Part shown: in pieces, positions 1 through 9,596 of the stretch
Layout: each line of letters opens with the position of its first letter
How positions within the stretch are numbered: position 1 is the stretch's first letter
Origin: a virus
IMG/VR virus record: IMGVR_UViG_3300028392_000036
Span: 64,001 to 128,000 of that record
Length of the DNA: 64,000 nucleotides
Direction: 5' to 3' (one strand)
Translations under genes and position numbers: made by a program
The notes under the pieces: generated by a model
Told to the model about the DNA's origin: nothing
Seen by the model: only the letters and a program-made list of their open reading frames with translations
The model's database searches: none

Positions 1-1
1 T

Positions 2-415
2 GACGAAATCAAGATTGCTATTAAAAAATGGAAGACTGCCAACCCTGATGATACCATAAAGAATCAACGCTACAAGTTTATGCGTGGAGAAATATCCGAA
101 TTGCCTTGGATGGGACTTGTGGCTGATAACACAGGCGGTAGAGAAAGCCGCAGTGGTTTTGGTATTAGTTTCCCCGAAACTCCCAACAAAGGTGATACCT
201 TTGTACGAGTAGACGTTATGCCTAGTGCGGTTTACAAGTACAACGGAACAAACTGGATGGCTGTTGACAAAAACCTAAGCGACAGTTATACTTACGACTC
301 AGCTTATATAGAACACCTGATAGATAAAATAAGTACTGGTGAATATGATCCGGACTTGTTGAGTGATAGTGAACGTCAACAAGTAGCAAATTACTTACAA
401 ACAAAACAATCCTAA
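2..415 (+). CDS. Hypothetical phage protein, 5'-truncated by the window edge
   Basis: The frame of ORF 80..415 is open back to position 2 (DEIKIAIKKWK...). Its stop overlaps the clpX start (TAATG). Confidence 0.7.
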   Translation, partial: DEIKIAIKKWKTANPDDTIKNQRYKFMRGEISELPWMGLVADNTGGRESRSGFGISFPETPNKGDTFVRVDVMPSAVYKYNGTNWMAVDKNLSDSYTYDSAYIEHLIDKISTGEYDPDLLSDSERQQVANYLQTKQS

Positions 416-1629
416 TGAAATCTAACGAATCAATCAACACTTGTAGTTTTTGCGGTAAACACAAAGATGCGGTGGCCAAACTCATAGTGGGCGAACAAGT
501 TGCAATCTGCAACGAATGCGTAGAGCTCTGTGAGACCTTGCTTCACGATGAAAACATAATCAAACCCACAGAGGCCGTAGATCTTGACCCAGAGTTGATT
601 AAAGAGCATTTGGATCAATATGTGATTGGTCAGGACCGAGCCAAGCAGGTGCTAAGTGTAGCAGTGGTCAATCACTACAAACGTATTACTAATCCCAGCC
701 CTGAAGTAGAAGTCGAGAAGTGTAATATTCTCATGCTTGGTCCAACAGGCTCGGGCAAAACATTGTTGGCCAAGACTGTGGCACGTTATCTAGATGTGCC
801 ATTTGTTATTGCAGATGCTACCAGCTTGACCGAAGCCGGTTATGTGGGTGATGACGTAGAAAGTTTAATTTCTAGATTATTTGCGGCCGCAGGCGGCGAC
901 ATTGCTAAAACCCAACGTGGTATTGTGTTCATTGACGAAATTGATAAAATTAGCCGTCGTAGCGAGAGTGCCAGTATCACCCGAGATGTATCCGGAGAAG
1001 GCGTCCAACAGGCCTTGCTTAAATTGGTAGAAGGTACCAAGTGCAGAGTCACTCCCACAGGAAGTCGCAAGCATCCTTCAGGGGACATGATTGAGATCGA
1101 TACCACCAACATCTTGTTTATTGCAGGCGGTGCGTTTGTTGGCTTGGACAATGTGGTTAAAAATCGTGTACAGGGAACCAGTATTGGTTTTGGTGCTAAA
1201 ATTAAAAATGACGCCATAACACATTTGGATCAAACTACCCCTGAAGATTTGATCAAGTTTGGTATGATTCCAGAGTTTGTGGGACGTTTTCCTAGTTGGG
1301 TAGCACTTAGCGAACTTAACAAAGAAGATTTAATCCGTATTTTGCTAGATGTCAAACACAGTTATATAGAACAGTATAATTGGTTGTTTGGGCAGGACAA
1401 AGTAGAACTAGAATTCTCATCCGACGCCTTGGAAATGATTGCAGATCGCACTATTCTAAACAAAACTGGCGCCCGAGGTTTGCATAGCGAACTAGAACGT
1501 GTGCTATTACCCCATATGTTCTATTTGGCCCGTTATCGTAGAGAAGGTATTAACCACGTGTTTATTGACGCAGATCAGGTAAATACTCCTACAGAATTAA
1601 AGGAAGCCAATGCAAAAGCTCAGGGGTAG
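415..1629 (+). CDS. clpX: ATP-dependent Clp protease ATP-binding subunit ClpX
   Basis: N-terminal C4 zinc finger (CSFC...CNEC), Walker A GPTGSGKT, Walker [13 protein letters not shown] pore loop, [17 protein letters not shown] loop and IGF ClpP-docking loop. Confidence 0.97.
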   Translation: MKSNESINTCSFCGKHKDAVAKLIVGEQVAICNECVELCETLLHDENIIKPTEAVDLDPELIKEHLDQYVIGQDRAKQVLSVAVVNHYKRITNPSPEVEVEKCNILMLGPTGSGKTLLAKTVARYLDVPFVIADATSLTEAGYVGDDVESLISRLFAAAGGDIAKTQRGIVFIDEIDKISRRSESASITRDVSGEGVQQALLKLVEGTKCRVTPTGSRKHPSGDMIEIDTTNILFIAGGAFVGLDNVVKNRVQGTSIGFGAKIKNDAITHLDQTTPEDLIKFGMIPEFVGRFPSWVALSELNKEDLIRILLDVKHSYIEQYNWLFGQDKVELEFSSDALEMIADRTILNKTGARGLHSELERVLLPHMFYLARYRREGINHVFIDADQVNTPTELKEANAKAQG

Positions 1630-1834
1630 ATCAGTACTGGTTCAAGACGGCAATGTAGACAAAGCTCTACGCAAGTTCAAAAAGAAGATCCAAGAAACAG
1701 GACTGCTGAACGAACTCCGTGACCGTGAATTCTATACCAAACCCACCACAGCTCGCAAACTCAAGGCATCGGCCGCACGTAATCGTTGGCGCAAGAAACT
1801 CAACGAACAGGCTTTGCCAAAGAAACTTTACTAG
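1610..1834 (+). CDS. rpsU: 30S ribosomal protein bS21
   Basis: ALRKFKK...REFYTKPT...RKLK..AA pattern and C-terminal LPKKLY. Confidence 0.93.
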   Translation: MQKLRGRSVLVQDGNVDKALRKFKKKIQETGLLNELRDREFYTKPTTARKLKASAARNRWRKKLNEQALPKKLY

Positions 1835-1854
1835 ACTAATTCTTTCGTGTATAA

Positions 1855-1924
1855 TAAATAACAATGTAGTGCCGATGGTCGGGCTACACAACAAGTCATC
1901 TTGCTTATATAAAGGAGAAAACAA
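1855..1924 (+). promoter_or_regulatory. TAAATA promoter plus ROSE-like RNA thermometer 5'UTR of hsp20
   Basis: TAAATA at 1855-1860, hairpin at 1865-1888, then TCTTGCTT-ATATA-AAGGAGA, in which UUGCU (1901-1905) pairs with the SD leaving a bulged G. Confidence 0.65.
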
Positions 1925-2377
1925 ATGACAAAAACTCTCACCCTTCGTTCTTTCGATATTCCCGCACTTCACAAATTTGGTATCGGTTTCGATAACATGT
2001 TTGATGATCTCATGCGTGTGAGTACTCAGCAGTCTACTTCAAACTACCCACCCTACAACATTGTGCAAATCAATGAAGATGAGTACATGATCAGTCTTGC
2101 TGTGGCCGGCTTTGGGCTTGATAATCTTTCAGTTACCAAGGACAAAAAGTTCTTGATCATTGAAGGCAAAGAGTATCACCCTGACAGTGAAAAGATTGAG
2201 CCAAACTACTTGCACAAAGGTATCAGCAACAGAGATTTCCGCAGAGAATTCCAACTTGCAGATCACGTGGAAATCAGTAATGCACACCTTGAACTTGGTA
2301 TCTTGAGCGTTCACTTAAAGCGTGAAGTGCCAGAAGACGCCAAACCAAAGACTATTGCTATCACCTACACAGTGTAA
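1925..2377 (+). CDS. ibpA: Small heat shock protein, Hsp20/IbpA family
   Basis: IGFD, NYPPYNI, LAVAGF, YLHKGIS.R.F.REF.L, A.LELGIL and C-terminal PKTIAI motifs. Confidence 0.95.
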   Translation: MTKTLTLRSFDIPALHKFGIGFDNMFDDLMRVSTQQSTSNYPPYNIVQINEDEYMISLAVAGFGLDNLSVTKDKKFLIIEGKEYHPDSEKIEPNYLHKGISNRDFRREFQLADHVEISNAHLELGILSVHLKREVPEDAKPKTIAITYTV

Positions 2378-2433
2378 TATAATAGTAAATACAGTGGGGG
2401 CGTGGTGCCCCTGCTGAACAACAAGGAACTGAA

Positions 2434-2745
2434 ATGGCGCAAAGCGATACAAGAACACGAATTAAACCTGCCGAAGACTTTAAAGAACCACCAATGTACC
2501 GTGTTGTATATCTTAATGATAATCAAACAACATACGAATTTGTGGTCGAAACGCTGATAGAGTATTTTGACTATACCGCAGACACAGCACACACTATCAC
2601 GACAGATATTCATGATGCTGGATCAGCCTGTGTGGCAGTATTACCTTATGAAATTGCCGAACAAAAAGGCATTGAAATAACCATGCAAGCCCGAGCTCAA
2701 AACTATCCATTGCAAATCAGAGTCGAGCCCGAAGGCGCAGTTTAA
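2434..2745 (+). CDS. clpS: ATP-dependent Clp protease adaptor ClpS (divergent substrate pocket)
   Basis: PPMYRVVYLND..T.EFVV, IH..GSA, YEIAEQK and YPL motifs. Confidence 0.9.
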   Translation: MAQSDTRTRIKPAEDFKEPPMYRVVYLNDNQTTYEFVVETLIEYFDYTADTAHTITTDIHDAGSACVAVLPYEIAEQKGIEITMQARAQNYPLQIRVEPEGAV

Positions 2746-3533
2746 AATTCTATAACAATTCGTTGGGGATAATATACAGATCGAGAATACGGTGTATCTC
2801 CCCTGCCTCGACAGTTATTTACAAAGCGTATTCCTGATCTAGTTTGGTCTATTGAGCCGTGATAGTGACCAAAGCACCAGGTGTGTAGTTTGTTTTCGAT
2901 GTCGGCTGCCATGGCCTGCATCATGACTCTGTTGCCCATAACGTTAAATCTCATGGTACCGTCCAGTTCAATGTCGTGTGCAATTAGCGCAGGATCGGGC
3001 ACAGTATGAGTAATCATTACAATCTTTTTAACATCTTTATGAGTTTGCAATTTGGCCACACTAGAGATCATATAAGTGGCATCGGTGTTGCTCATTCGAG
3101 CAATACCTTTGGTAGCACTCTCGCTTAGGTGATATTTTTCTCTACACCATTGTGCAGCCTGTTCGGGATCAATCCCAAGGTCAAAGTCAAATCCCCACCA
3201 GCCGTTGGTACCCAAAATAGCCACACCGTCCACAATGACCACGTTGTCTTGGAGGTAAACAACATTGGGAATACGACGCAGGCGTTGAGCAAGATCGGTA
3301 TAACTGTATCCTAAATCCTCCAATTGTCCAAAGTGTTCATCGTTGCCGTCGATGTAAAACACCGCTTGGTAACACTTGCCCAGATGTTTAAGGGTTTGAA
3401 CCACAAGATCTCGATCACGGCAGATATCTCCTGCTACCACGCATACAGGACTGGTGGCCTGGTATCCCCAGTCAAACTCCCCTGCCCAGGTTTCGAGATG
3501 TAAATCAGAAATTAAATCAAATGCTAAACTCAT
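2742..3533 (-). CDS. Calcineurin-like metallophosphoesterase
   Basis: SDLH, AGD, GNDEH, THTVP and FGHYH metal-binding motifs. Confidence 0.85.
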   Translation of the reverse strand: MSLAFDLISDLHLETWAGEFDWGYQATSPVCVVAGDICRDRDLVVQTLKHLGKCYQAVFYIDGNDEHFGQLEDLGYSYTDLAQRLRRIPNVVYLQDNVVIVDGVAILGTNGWWGFDFDLGIDPEQAAQWCREKYHLSESATKGIARMSNTDATYMISSVAKLQTHKDVKKIVMITHTVPDPALIAHDIELDGTMRFNVMGNRVMMQAMAADIENKLHTWCFGHYHGSIDQTRSGIRFVNNCRGRGDTPYSRSVYYPQRIVIEF

Positions 3534-3557
3534 GATACATATTTAAAAGGAAATGCA

Positions 3558-3914
3558 ATGAACATAATATTTGGCGACTCTCTCAATCTCATACCTGATC
3601 AATATACCGTTCTAGAATTAGATACGTTTCGTTCTACAGGACAAGTTGAAACAAAAACAGCATATTGTCTAGTCGAAAAAGTGGCAGTAGACGAATTTGT
3701 TACTATGGAGTCTTACAAACAGATTCATGCTGATGTTATCAAGTACTATAAACAGCGTCACTGGAATTATTGTGAACAAGCAATACAAGGACTTATGGGA
3801 AGATGGGGCGGAGAATTAGATAGTTTTTACACAGACTTACTTGGGCGTGTGGCTAGTTATAAATTAAAAGAACCCCCTGATGATTGGGACGGTGTAAGAA
3901 TTAAAATTGATTAA
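3558..3914 (+). CDS. Stand-alone protein resembling the C-terminal helical tail of class III (CHASE2-type) adenylate cyclases
   Basis: ELD..R...Y..., Y.QR.W..., Y..L..R....PPDDWDGV pattern; SD AAGGA upstream. Confidence 0.5.
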   Translation: MNIIFGDSLNLIPDQYTVLELDTFRSTGQVETKTAYCLVEKVAVDEFVTMESYKQIHADVIKYYKQRHWNYCEQAIQGLMGRWGGELDSFYTDLLGRVASYKLKEPPDDWDGVRIKID

Positions 3915-5127
3915 TTATTAGTGTATGTCGCTGGGTCAACTGTTCCATTGCTAATTTAAAATTTTCTCGGTATTCATTGATGATCGAACTTTGCCATTCA
4001 GTTGAAAAAAACAATTCTTGATTGTAGCGAGCAATCTCTCGCAGGTCAGCATAGAGTTTTTGTTTTTCTGTTGAGCCTAAACTAGCAATGCGTTGCAATT
4101 CAGTAACCACTGCACATAATCGGTCTGCAGGATCTAGGATTGTGTCATATGTCTCGATTATGATCGGATCAAATGTTTTAAATCCATACTGACGAAGGTA
4201 CTCAAGACTACCCATAGTAGATACCAATATAAACGGATGTCCGCAGGCGATAGGTCTTAGTATTTTTTCAGTCAATTGCAGTCGATCGTCATCAAATAAT
4301 GTTTCTAAAACAACTTCTAGTTCGGTACTCTGGTAGTCAATTGAGTTGTAATTTGCACTGGCTGAACTAGGGGTATCATTGTAAAAAAAGTATTTCTCAA
4401 GATCTTGACGTTGTATCTGTAAAGCAGGATTTTGAAATCGATGTTGTCGATAGTCGCCCGAATCATCACTATTAAACCCCATGATACAATGCTCAGACAA
4501 TTGATTGTCCACTAGTAATTCAGCAAATTTCAAACGATATTCCCTGGTGCCGCTCCAGGCACGATTGTATATCAAAAAGTCTTTTTTTGGTGCACGATTT
4601 TTTAACAAACAATCGTGTTCGGCATATCTAAACCAATCTCTTGCAATTATAGCATGGCACCACCAGTACACTCCAATAAAGTCTATATTTTCGTATCTTT
4701 GTAAATTTCGTGAACGTTGCTCAGAGTGTACCAATAGTACCGGTATTTTCCACAAGTCATCGCGCATCTCTACTACTTTAATGTTTAACTCTGGCATTTG
4801 TAACATTAACAAACTTTTGTACATCTCTATTAGGTATTCATCGGATAAGCCAACACGATTCTGTTGAACCAATTGATCAACAAACTCAACAGTTGAATAC
4901 AAGTCAAAATTTAACGGCTCTTGATCGTGCATAAACACGTATTTTTTATTCACGACATCTTTGACTGGAGTTGTCCAGTTTTCTAATTGCACACGAGCAG
5001 AAGGCACTAGTTTTCTAAGATCTGTGATTTTTTTTGACCCATGTGGGAAAAACCGATAAATTATTAGATCATCACGACTTGCAATGTCTTGCAAAAAATT
5101 GTATAATCTATCTAAAGGAACACTCAT
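3901..5127 (-). CDS. Hypothetical protein, possibly glycosyltransferase-like (GT10-type C-terminal motif)
   Basis: Long ORF with LET...LTEKILRPIACGHPFIL. Likely start is MSVPLD at 5127. Confidence 0.45.
   Translation of the reverse strand: MSVPLDRLYNFLQDIASRDDLIIYRFFPHGSKKITDLRKLVPSARVQLENWTTPVKDVVNKKYVFMHDQEPLNFDLYSTVEFVDQLVQQNRVGLSDEYLIEMYKSLLMLQMPELNIKVVEMRDDLWKIPVLLVHSEQRSRNLQRYENIDFIGVYWWCHAIIARDWFRYAEHDCLLKNRAPKKDFLIYNRAWSGTREYRLKFAELLVDNQLSEHCIMGFNSDDSGDYRQHRFQNPALQIQRQDLEKYFFYNDTPSSASANYNSIDYQSTELEVVLETLFDDDRLQLTEKILRPIACGHPFILVSTMGSLEYLRQYGFKTFDPIIIETYDTILDPADRLCAVVTELQRIASLGSTEKQKLYADLREIARYNQELFFSTEWQSSIINEYRENFKLAMEQLTQRHTLIINQF
5079..5107 (+). promoter_or_regulatory. sigma70-type promoter for the sugar dehydrogenase operon, lying inside the divergent gene
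   Basis: TTGCAA-17bp-TATAAT; SD AAGGAA at about 5115. Confidence 0.65.
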
Positions 5128-6366
5128 ATGAAAAAAATTGGATTTATTGGTATCGGCAAACTGGGACTTGATTGTGCCGAAGTTATGGCAGAGAAGCATG
5201 AAGTCAGAGGCTACGATATTTACCCACGAGTCAGCGACTCAGTAAAAGTTTGCGATATTGACGAATTGGTCAATGAAAGCGAATGGATTTTTATTGCAGT
5301 ACCCACCCCACACGCAGAAGGCTACGATGGCTCAGTGCCAAGCTCGCATATGGAACCTCGAGACTTTGGCCACGATGCTGTGATTGATGCCATTAACAAA
5401 GTTAATCAACATGCCAAGAGTCCTAAAAAGGTTGTGTTAATCTCTACAGTGCTTCCTGGTACCACACGTACCAAGTTTGTTCCTCTACTAGACAAGCAAC
5501 ATCAGTTTTTGTACAATCCTTACCTGATCGCCATGGGCTCAGTCAAGTGGGATATGGCCAATCCTGAAATGGTTATTATTGGTACAGAAGACGGTGAGCT
5601 CACAGGTATTGCAGGCGAATTGATTGAATTGTACAAAACAATAATGAACAACGATCCACGATATGAAATTGGCACCTGGGACGAATGTGAAGCTATCAAG
5701 ATTTTCTACAACACATACATCAGTGCCAAAGTTGGTATTGTTAATATGATCCAAGATTTTGCCATGAAGATTGGCAATATCAATGTTGATGTTGTTACCA
5801 ATGCATTGGCTCGCTCAACAATGAGATTGCAAGGTCCCAAGTATATGACAGCAGGTATGGGCGATGCTGGCGCTTGCCACCCGCGTGACAATATTGCACT
5901 GCGTTGGTTGGCAGAACGCTATGAAATAGGCTATGATTTGTTTGACACAATTATGCATGCTCGTGAAATCCAAGCTAAAAACTTGGCCCTGTTCCTTGTA
6001 GAACAAGCCAAACAAAATGGTATGAGTGTTGTGATTCACGGCAAAGCATACAAACCTGATGTAGAATACTGTATTGGTTCATACAGCACCTTGGTAGGAC
6101 ACTATGTTAAAGAAGCAGGATTTGGTGTAAGGTATATTGACCCAATAGCAGATGATTCTACTGAAGTTGTTTCGGAAATAGTTGGGCCAGCAGTCATACT
6201 ATGGGCACACAATCGCAAAATCACTTACGAATACACAGGCGAACAAAAAGATACTCAGGCCTATTGTGAAATCCCAAAAGGTAGTATTATCGTTGATCCA
6301 TGGCGCAAACTTCCACAGATTGAGAATTTGACTGTGGTACATTATGGCAACACCAGAAATTCTTAA
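5128..6366 (+). CDS. UDP-glucose/GDP-mannose dehydrogenase family protein
   Basis: Rossmann GIGKLG, IAVPTP, STVLPGTT, YNP, E.IK.FYNTY...K, catalytic GACHPRD and AYKPD. Confidence 0.9.
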   Translation: MKKIGFIGIGKLGLDCAEVMAEKHEVRGYDIYPRVSDSVKVCDIDELVNESEWIFIAVPTPHAEGYDGSVPSSHMEPRDFGHDAVIDAINKVNQHAKSPKKVVLISTVLPGTTRTKFVPLLDKQHQFLYNPYLIAMGSVKWDMANPEMVIIGTEDGELTGIAGELIELYKTIMNNDPRYEIGTWDECEAIKIFYNTYISAKVGIVNMIQDFAMKIGNINVDVVTNALARSTMRLQGPKYMTAGMGDAGACHPRDNIALRWLAERYEIGYDLFDTIMHAREIQAKNLALFLVEQAKQNGMSVVIHGKAYKPDVEYCIGSYSTLVGHYVKEAGFGVRYIDPIADDSTEVVSEIVGPAVILWAHNRKITYEYTGEQKDTQAYCEIPKGSIIVDPWRKLPQIENLTVVHYGNTRNS

Positions 6367-6862
6367 ATATCATATTCCAAAGTTTTGGGATGATGAGTTT
6401 AAGAACCTTGTGTACGTAAATGAACAGTTCAATGACACAGTGAGTCTTGAACGTTGGGTTGCACAAGGCTATGCTAATAAGTTTACTGGGGACATGTGCG
6501 ACATGCGTAGCCCACAGCCCAGTTGGAATGAACGTTTTGTCAACATCTACACTGAACTAGGGTGGAAAGACATTGGCACCAGTTACTATAGAATGGGCAC
6601 TGGTACCATACTTCCCACACATGGCGACTTGTATCTTCGCTATGTTGACTTGTTCAACCTTCAAGGACAAGAACAACGCATACGCAGAGCCATTGTGTTT
6701 TTGGAAGACTGGAAACCTGGACATTATTTTGAAGGTAACAATGTTGCCAAGGTCAATTGGCGAGCAGGCGATGTTGTTGAATGGTGCTATGACGCACCAC
6801 ACTTGGCAGCCAACATGGGACTTGAGCCAAGATACACATTACAAATTACAGGATGGATATGA
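6344..6862 (+). CDS. 2OG-Fe(II) oxygenase-like (double-stranded beta-helix) protein
   Basis: HxD (PTHGD), distal His (APHLAAN) and C-terminal RYTLQITG. Confidence 0.7.
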   Translation: MATPEILKYHIPKFWDDEFKNLVYVNEQFNDTVSLERWVAQGYANKFTGDMCDMRSPQPSWNERFVNIYTELGWKDIGTSYYRMGTGTILPTHGDLYLRYVDLFNLQGQEQRIRRAIVFLEDWKPGHYFEGNNVAKVNWRAGDVVEWCYDAPHLAANMGLEPRYTLQITGWI

Positions 6863-7776
6863 TCAGTAGTTACGATGAGTGGAGTCCACTCAAAAAGATT
6901 GTGGTAGGAACAGCTACCAATGCCAATTGGCCAGTAAATGATCCGGTGTTCTCTAAAGAGAGTGAAAAAACTACCTGGAAAGAAACACCTGTTCCGAGTG
7001 GACCTGTGCCCCAGTGGATAATTGATGAAGCCAACCAAGACCTAGATGGCCTAGCAACGACCCTGATGAGCCTAGGCGTAGAAGTAGTGCGCCCAGATCC
7101 ACTCAACTTTCAAGCCCACGATGGCATGTATAATTATTGCCCACGCGACAGATTGCTGGTGCTTGGTAACACTATTGTAGATCCTGCCATGATGTACCCT
7201 TGTAGAGATATGGAACTACAGTGCTACCAGGACATAGTAGACAGTGCTGATCACTATTTGTTTATGCCACGAAATGAAGGACTAGTACTTGATGCTGCCA
7301 ACATACTACGCCTTGGTCCTAACAAACTGCTGTACCTAGAAAGTGCCAGTGGGAATAAAGAGGCATACTATTGGTTGTTGGCAAATCTGCCAACCAACAC
7401 TAGTATTGAACTATGCAATTTTTATTCAGGAGTGCATATTGATTCGACCATTGTGCCTTTGCGAGAAGGCCTGGTCATGCTCAATGCTAGTCGTGTAAAG
7501 TTTGATAATGTACCCCAGGTATTTGATGGCTGGCACAAGATCTGGGTAAACGATGTTGTTGCCCAAGATTTTTATCAGTACCCGTATGCATCAAAGTGGA
7601 TAGCAATGAATATGTTGGTGGTGGATCCACACACGGTCATATGCGACCGAAATCAACCCGAACTGATCAAAACACTCCAATCATATAAATTTGAAGTGAT
7701 TCCGCTAGAGTTGCGCCACAGCCGAACACTGGGCGGAGGATTTCATTGTGTTACACTGGATCTAGTGCGCGAATAG
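6853..7776 (+). CDS. Amidinotransferase (glycine/inosamine-phosphate amidinotransferase, pentein fold)
   Basis: EWSPLK.IVVG, YCPRD, DAAN, HIDST, MNML and GGGFHCVTLD; Cys-His-Asp triad present. Confidence 0.9.
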   Translation: MDMISSYDEWSPLKKIVVGTATNANWPVNDPVFSKESEKTTWKETPVPSGPVPQWIIDEANQDLDGLATTLMSLGVEVVRPDPLNFQAHDGMYNYCPRDRLLVLGNTIVDPAMMYPCRDMELQCYQDIVDSADHYLFMPRNEGLVLDAANILRLGPNKLLYLESASGNKEAYYWLLANLPTNTSIELCNFYSGVHIDSTIVPLREGLVMLNASRVKFDNVPQVFDGWHKIWVNDVVAQDFYQYPYASKWIAMNMLVVDPHTVICDRNQPELIKTLQSYKFEVIPLELRHSRTLGGGFHCVTLDLVRE

Positions 7777-7784
7777 AATTTGCG

Positions 7785-8192
7785 TTAGGTTGGAAATGGA
7801 ATGGTATTTGTTTCTTTAACCAGGCTAACAAATGTACCATCATCTTCTATTTCGACTATTTTAACATGGTACACACCTGGGTATCTAGGATTGTCTCCAT
7901 TGACAATCAACTCATAAAACTCATTCACCGCCTCAAGAGTGTTGAATGTAAAGGTACCTACAGCATAACGCAAGTCCGGGCTGCCGTTAATCTCCGCCGG
8001 ATAGACTGAATCCAATGGGCCCCAATAGCGATCAAATCCACCATTATCGATTACTTTTCGTCGAAATTCGTTATAAGCATTCCAATCGGGACGCTCTACG
8101 TCACGATCCTCGCCTATTCTAGTGCCCCAGTTCCAGCCCGCAGGTCCTGGAACAATTTCTGTATTTTCGGTTACTATAATTTGGTATTTCAT
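7785..8192 (-). CDS. Hypothetical protein
   Basis: ORF with ATG 5 nt downstream of a TAAATA motif. Confidence 0.6.
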   Translation of the reverse strand: MKYQIIVTENTEIVPGPAGWNWGTRIGEDRDVERPDWNAYNEFRRKVIDNGGFDRYWGPLDSVYPAEINGSPDLRYAVGTFTFNTLEAVNEFYELIVNGDNPRYPGVYHVKIVEIEDDGTFVSLVKETNTIPFPT

Positions 8193-8218
8193 GCAAGTAT
8201 TTATCTCTGACAATAGAT

Positions 8219-8247
8219 TTGACATAAAATAGCAGATCGTTTATAAT
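8219..8247 (+). promoter_or_regulatory. sigma70 consensus promoter of uvsE (predicted leaderless)
   Basis: TTGACA-17bp-TATAAT, with ATG 6 nt after the -10 box. Confidence 0.8.
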
Positions 8248-8253
8248 AAACAC

Positions 8254-9285
8254 ATGACTACACCCCAAATTGGCTTTTGTTGCAAATGGCTCAATGACCC
8301 CGCAGAATGTGGGGGCATGAAAGTCAATGCAAAGGACCGTGACTTAACCGGCAGATCAACCACCATGCGTTGGCTTCGCGAGCACAAGAGCGAAGCTGAA
8401 CAGCGGCAATGGGATATTATGAACCACAATGCCTCGGCCGCTGTACGACTGATCGAGCGTGTGGCCACACTGCCCCAAGGCCGTAGAATGGTACGCCTGG
8501 GCAGTGAAATGCTACAAGGCTACACTGAGAAAGATTGGATCGACTGGTGGCAACGCCGTGAAATACAAGATCACTGTGAAAAGATATTTGCCCCTGTAGG
8601 TGAAACTGCTCGCAGGCTTGGTGTTAGACTCAGTTTCCACCCCGGACAGTTCTGTGTGCTTGCAAGCGAGTCGGATGAAATTGTAGAACGTAGCATACTA
8701 GAATTTGAATACCATGCGGACATGGCTCGTTGGATGGGCTATGGCTCAACGTGGCATGATCATGGATTTAAGATTAACGTGCATTTATCGGGCAAAGGTG
8801 GTCCCGCTAAATTCCTGAAGACCCTGGGTCGCCTCACTCCCGAGGCCAGGAACTTGATAACCATCGAAAATGACGAGATGACAAATGGACTTGACACTAC
8901 TTTGGCTGTGGCTGATCATGTGGCTCTTGTGTTGGATGTACACCACCACTGGATCAACACCGGCGAATACATCGCGCCCACGGACGTTCGTACAACTAGG
9001 GTTATTGACTCTTGGCGTGGCGTTCGTCCTGCAATGCATTTTAGTACTAGCCGCGAGGACGTTTTGGTCGACCATGTTCGAACAGTTCGACCAGACCTTG
9101 CTGAACTTCTTGCTAGAGGTTATAAGAAACAGAAACTCCGAGCACACAGCGACTTCTGTTGGAATACGTCTGTGAATTCATGGGTACTGGGTTTTGCTGA
9201 CCAGTTTGATATACAGGTAGAAGCCAAGGGCAAAAACTTAGCAAGTGAACAACTTTATGAACAATATATTTCTCAACATCTTTGA
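8254..9285 (+). CDS. uvsE: UV-damage endonuclease UvsE/UVDE
   Basis: IGFCC, RLGS, RLSFHPGQFCVLAS, INVH, IENDE, LDVHHHW, HFS, AHSD and VEAKGK motifs. Confidence 0.93.
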   Translation: MTTPQIGFCCKWLNDPAECGGMKVNAKDRDLTGRSTTMRWLREHKSEAEQRQWDIMNHNASAAVRLIERVATLPQGRRMVRLGSEMLQGYTEKDWIDWWQRREIQDHCEKIFAPVGETARRLGVRLSFHPGQFCVLASESDEIVERSILEFEYHADMARWMGYGSTWHDHGFKINVHLSGKGGPAKFLKTLGRLTPEARNLITIENDEMTNGLDTTLAVADHVALVLDVHHHWINTGEYIAPTDVRTTRVIDSWRGVRPAMHFSTSREDVLVDHVRTVRPDLAELLARGYKKQKLRAHSDFCWNTSVNSWVLGFADQFDIQVEAKGKNLASEQLYEQYISQHL

Positions 9286-9544
9286 TTGGATACGCAGTGA
9301 TTACAAAACTAACCCACTTAGGTTCGTCGTGGAAGTACTGGCTTGGGCTGTGTCTATTGGGTGCAGTATTACGATGGCTGCCACTGTACCTAATCCCCCT
9401 CTTGTGGTACTTTACCCTATATGGATTAGTGGTTGTGCTATGTATGCTTGGGCTAGTTGGACTCGTAAATCGTTTGGTATGTTGGCCAACTACTGCCTAC
9501 TAGTCAGCATTGATACTGTGGGTTTGCTACGTATGATTTTGTAA
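9245..9544 (+). CDS. Small membrane protein
   Basis: Three hydrophobic segments; overlaps the end of uvsE. Confidence 0.65.
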   Translation: MNNFMNNIFLNIFDWIRSDYKTNPLRFVVEVLAWAVSIGCSITMAATVPNPPLVVLYPIWISGCAMYAWASWTRKSFGMLANYCLLVSIDTVGLLRMIL

Positions 9545-9573
9545 CAAAATTGTAACACAAATTAGCCTAAATA
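9539..9573 (+). promoter_or_regulatory. Pho-box-like direct repeat plus TAAATA upstream of pstS
   Basis: TTGTAACAAAA-TTGTAACACAA (11-bp period), then GCCTAAATA; near-identical copy at 11528-11562. Confidence 0.75.
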
Positions 9574-9596
9574 ATTGTCTAACAAGGAGACTTTGA

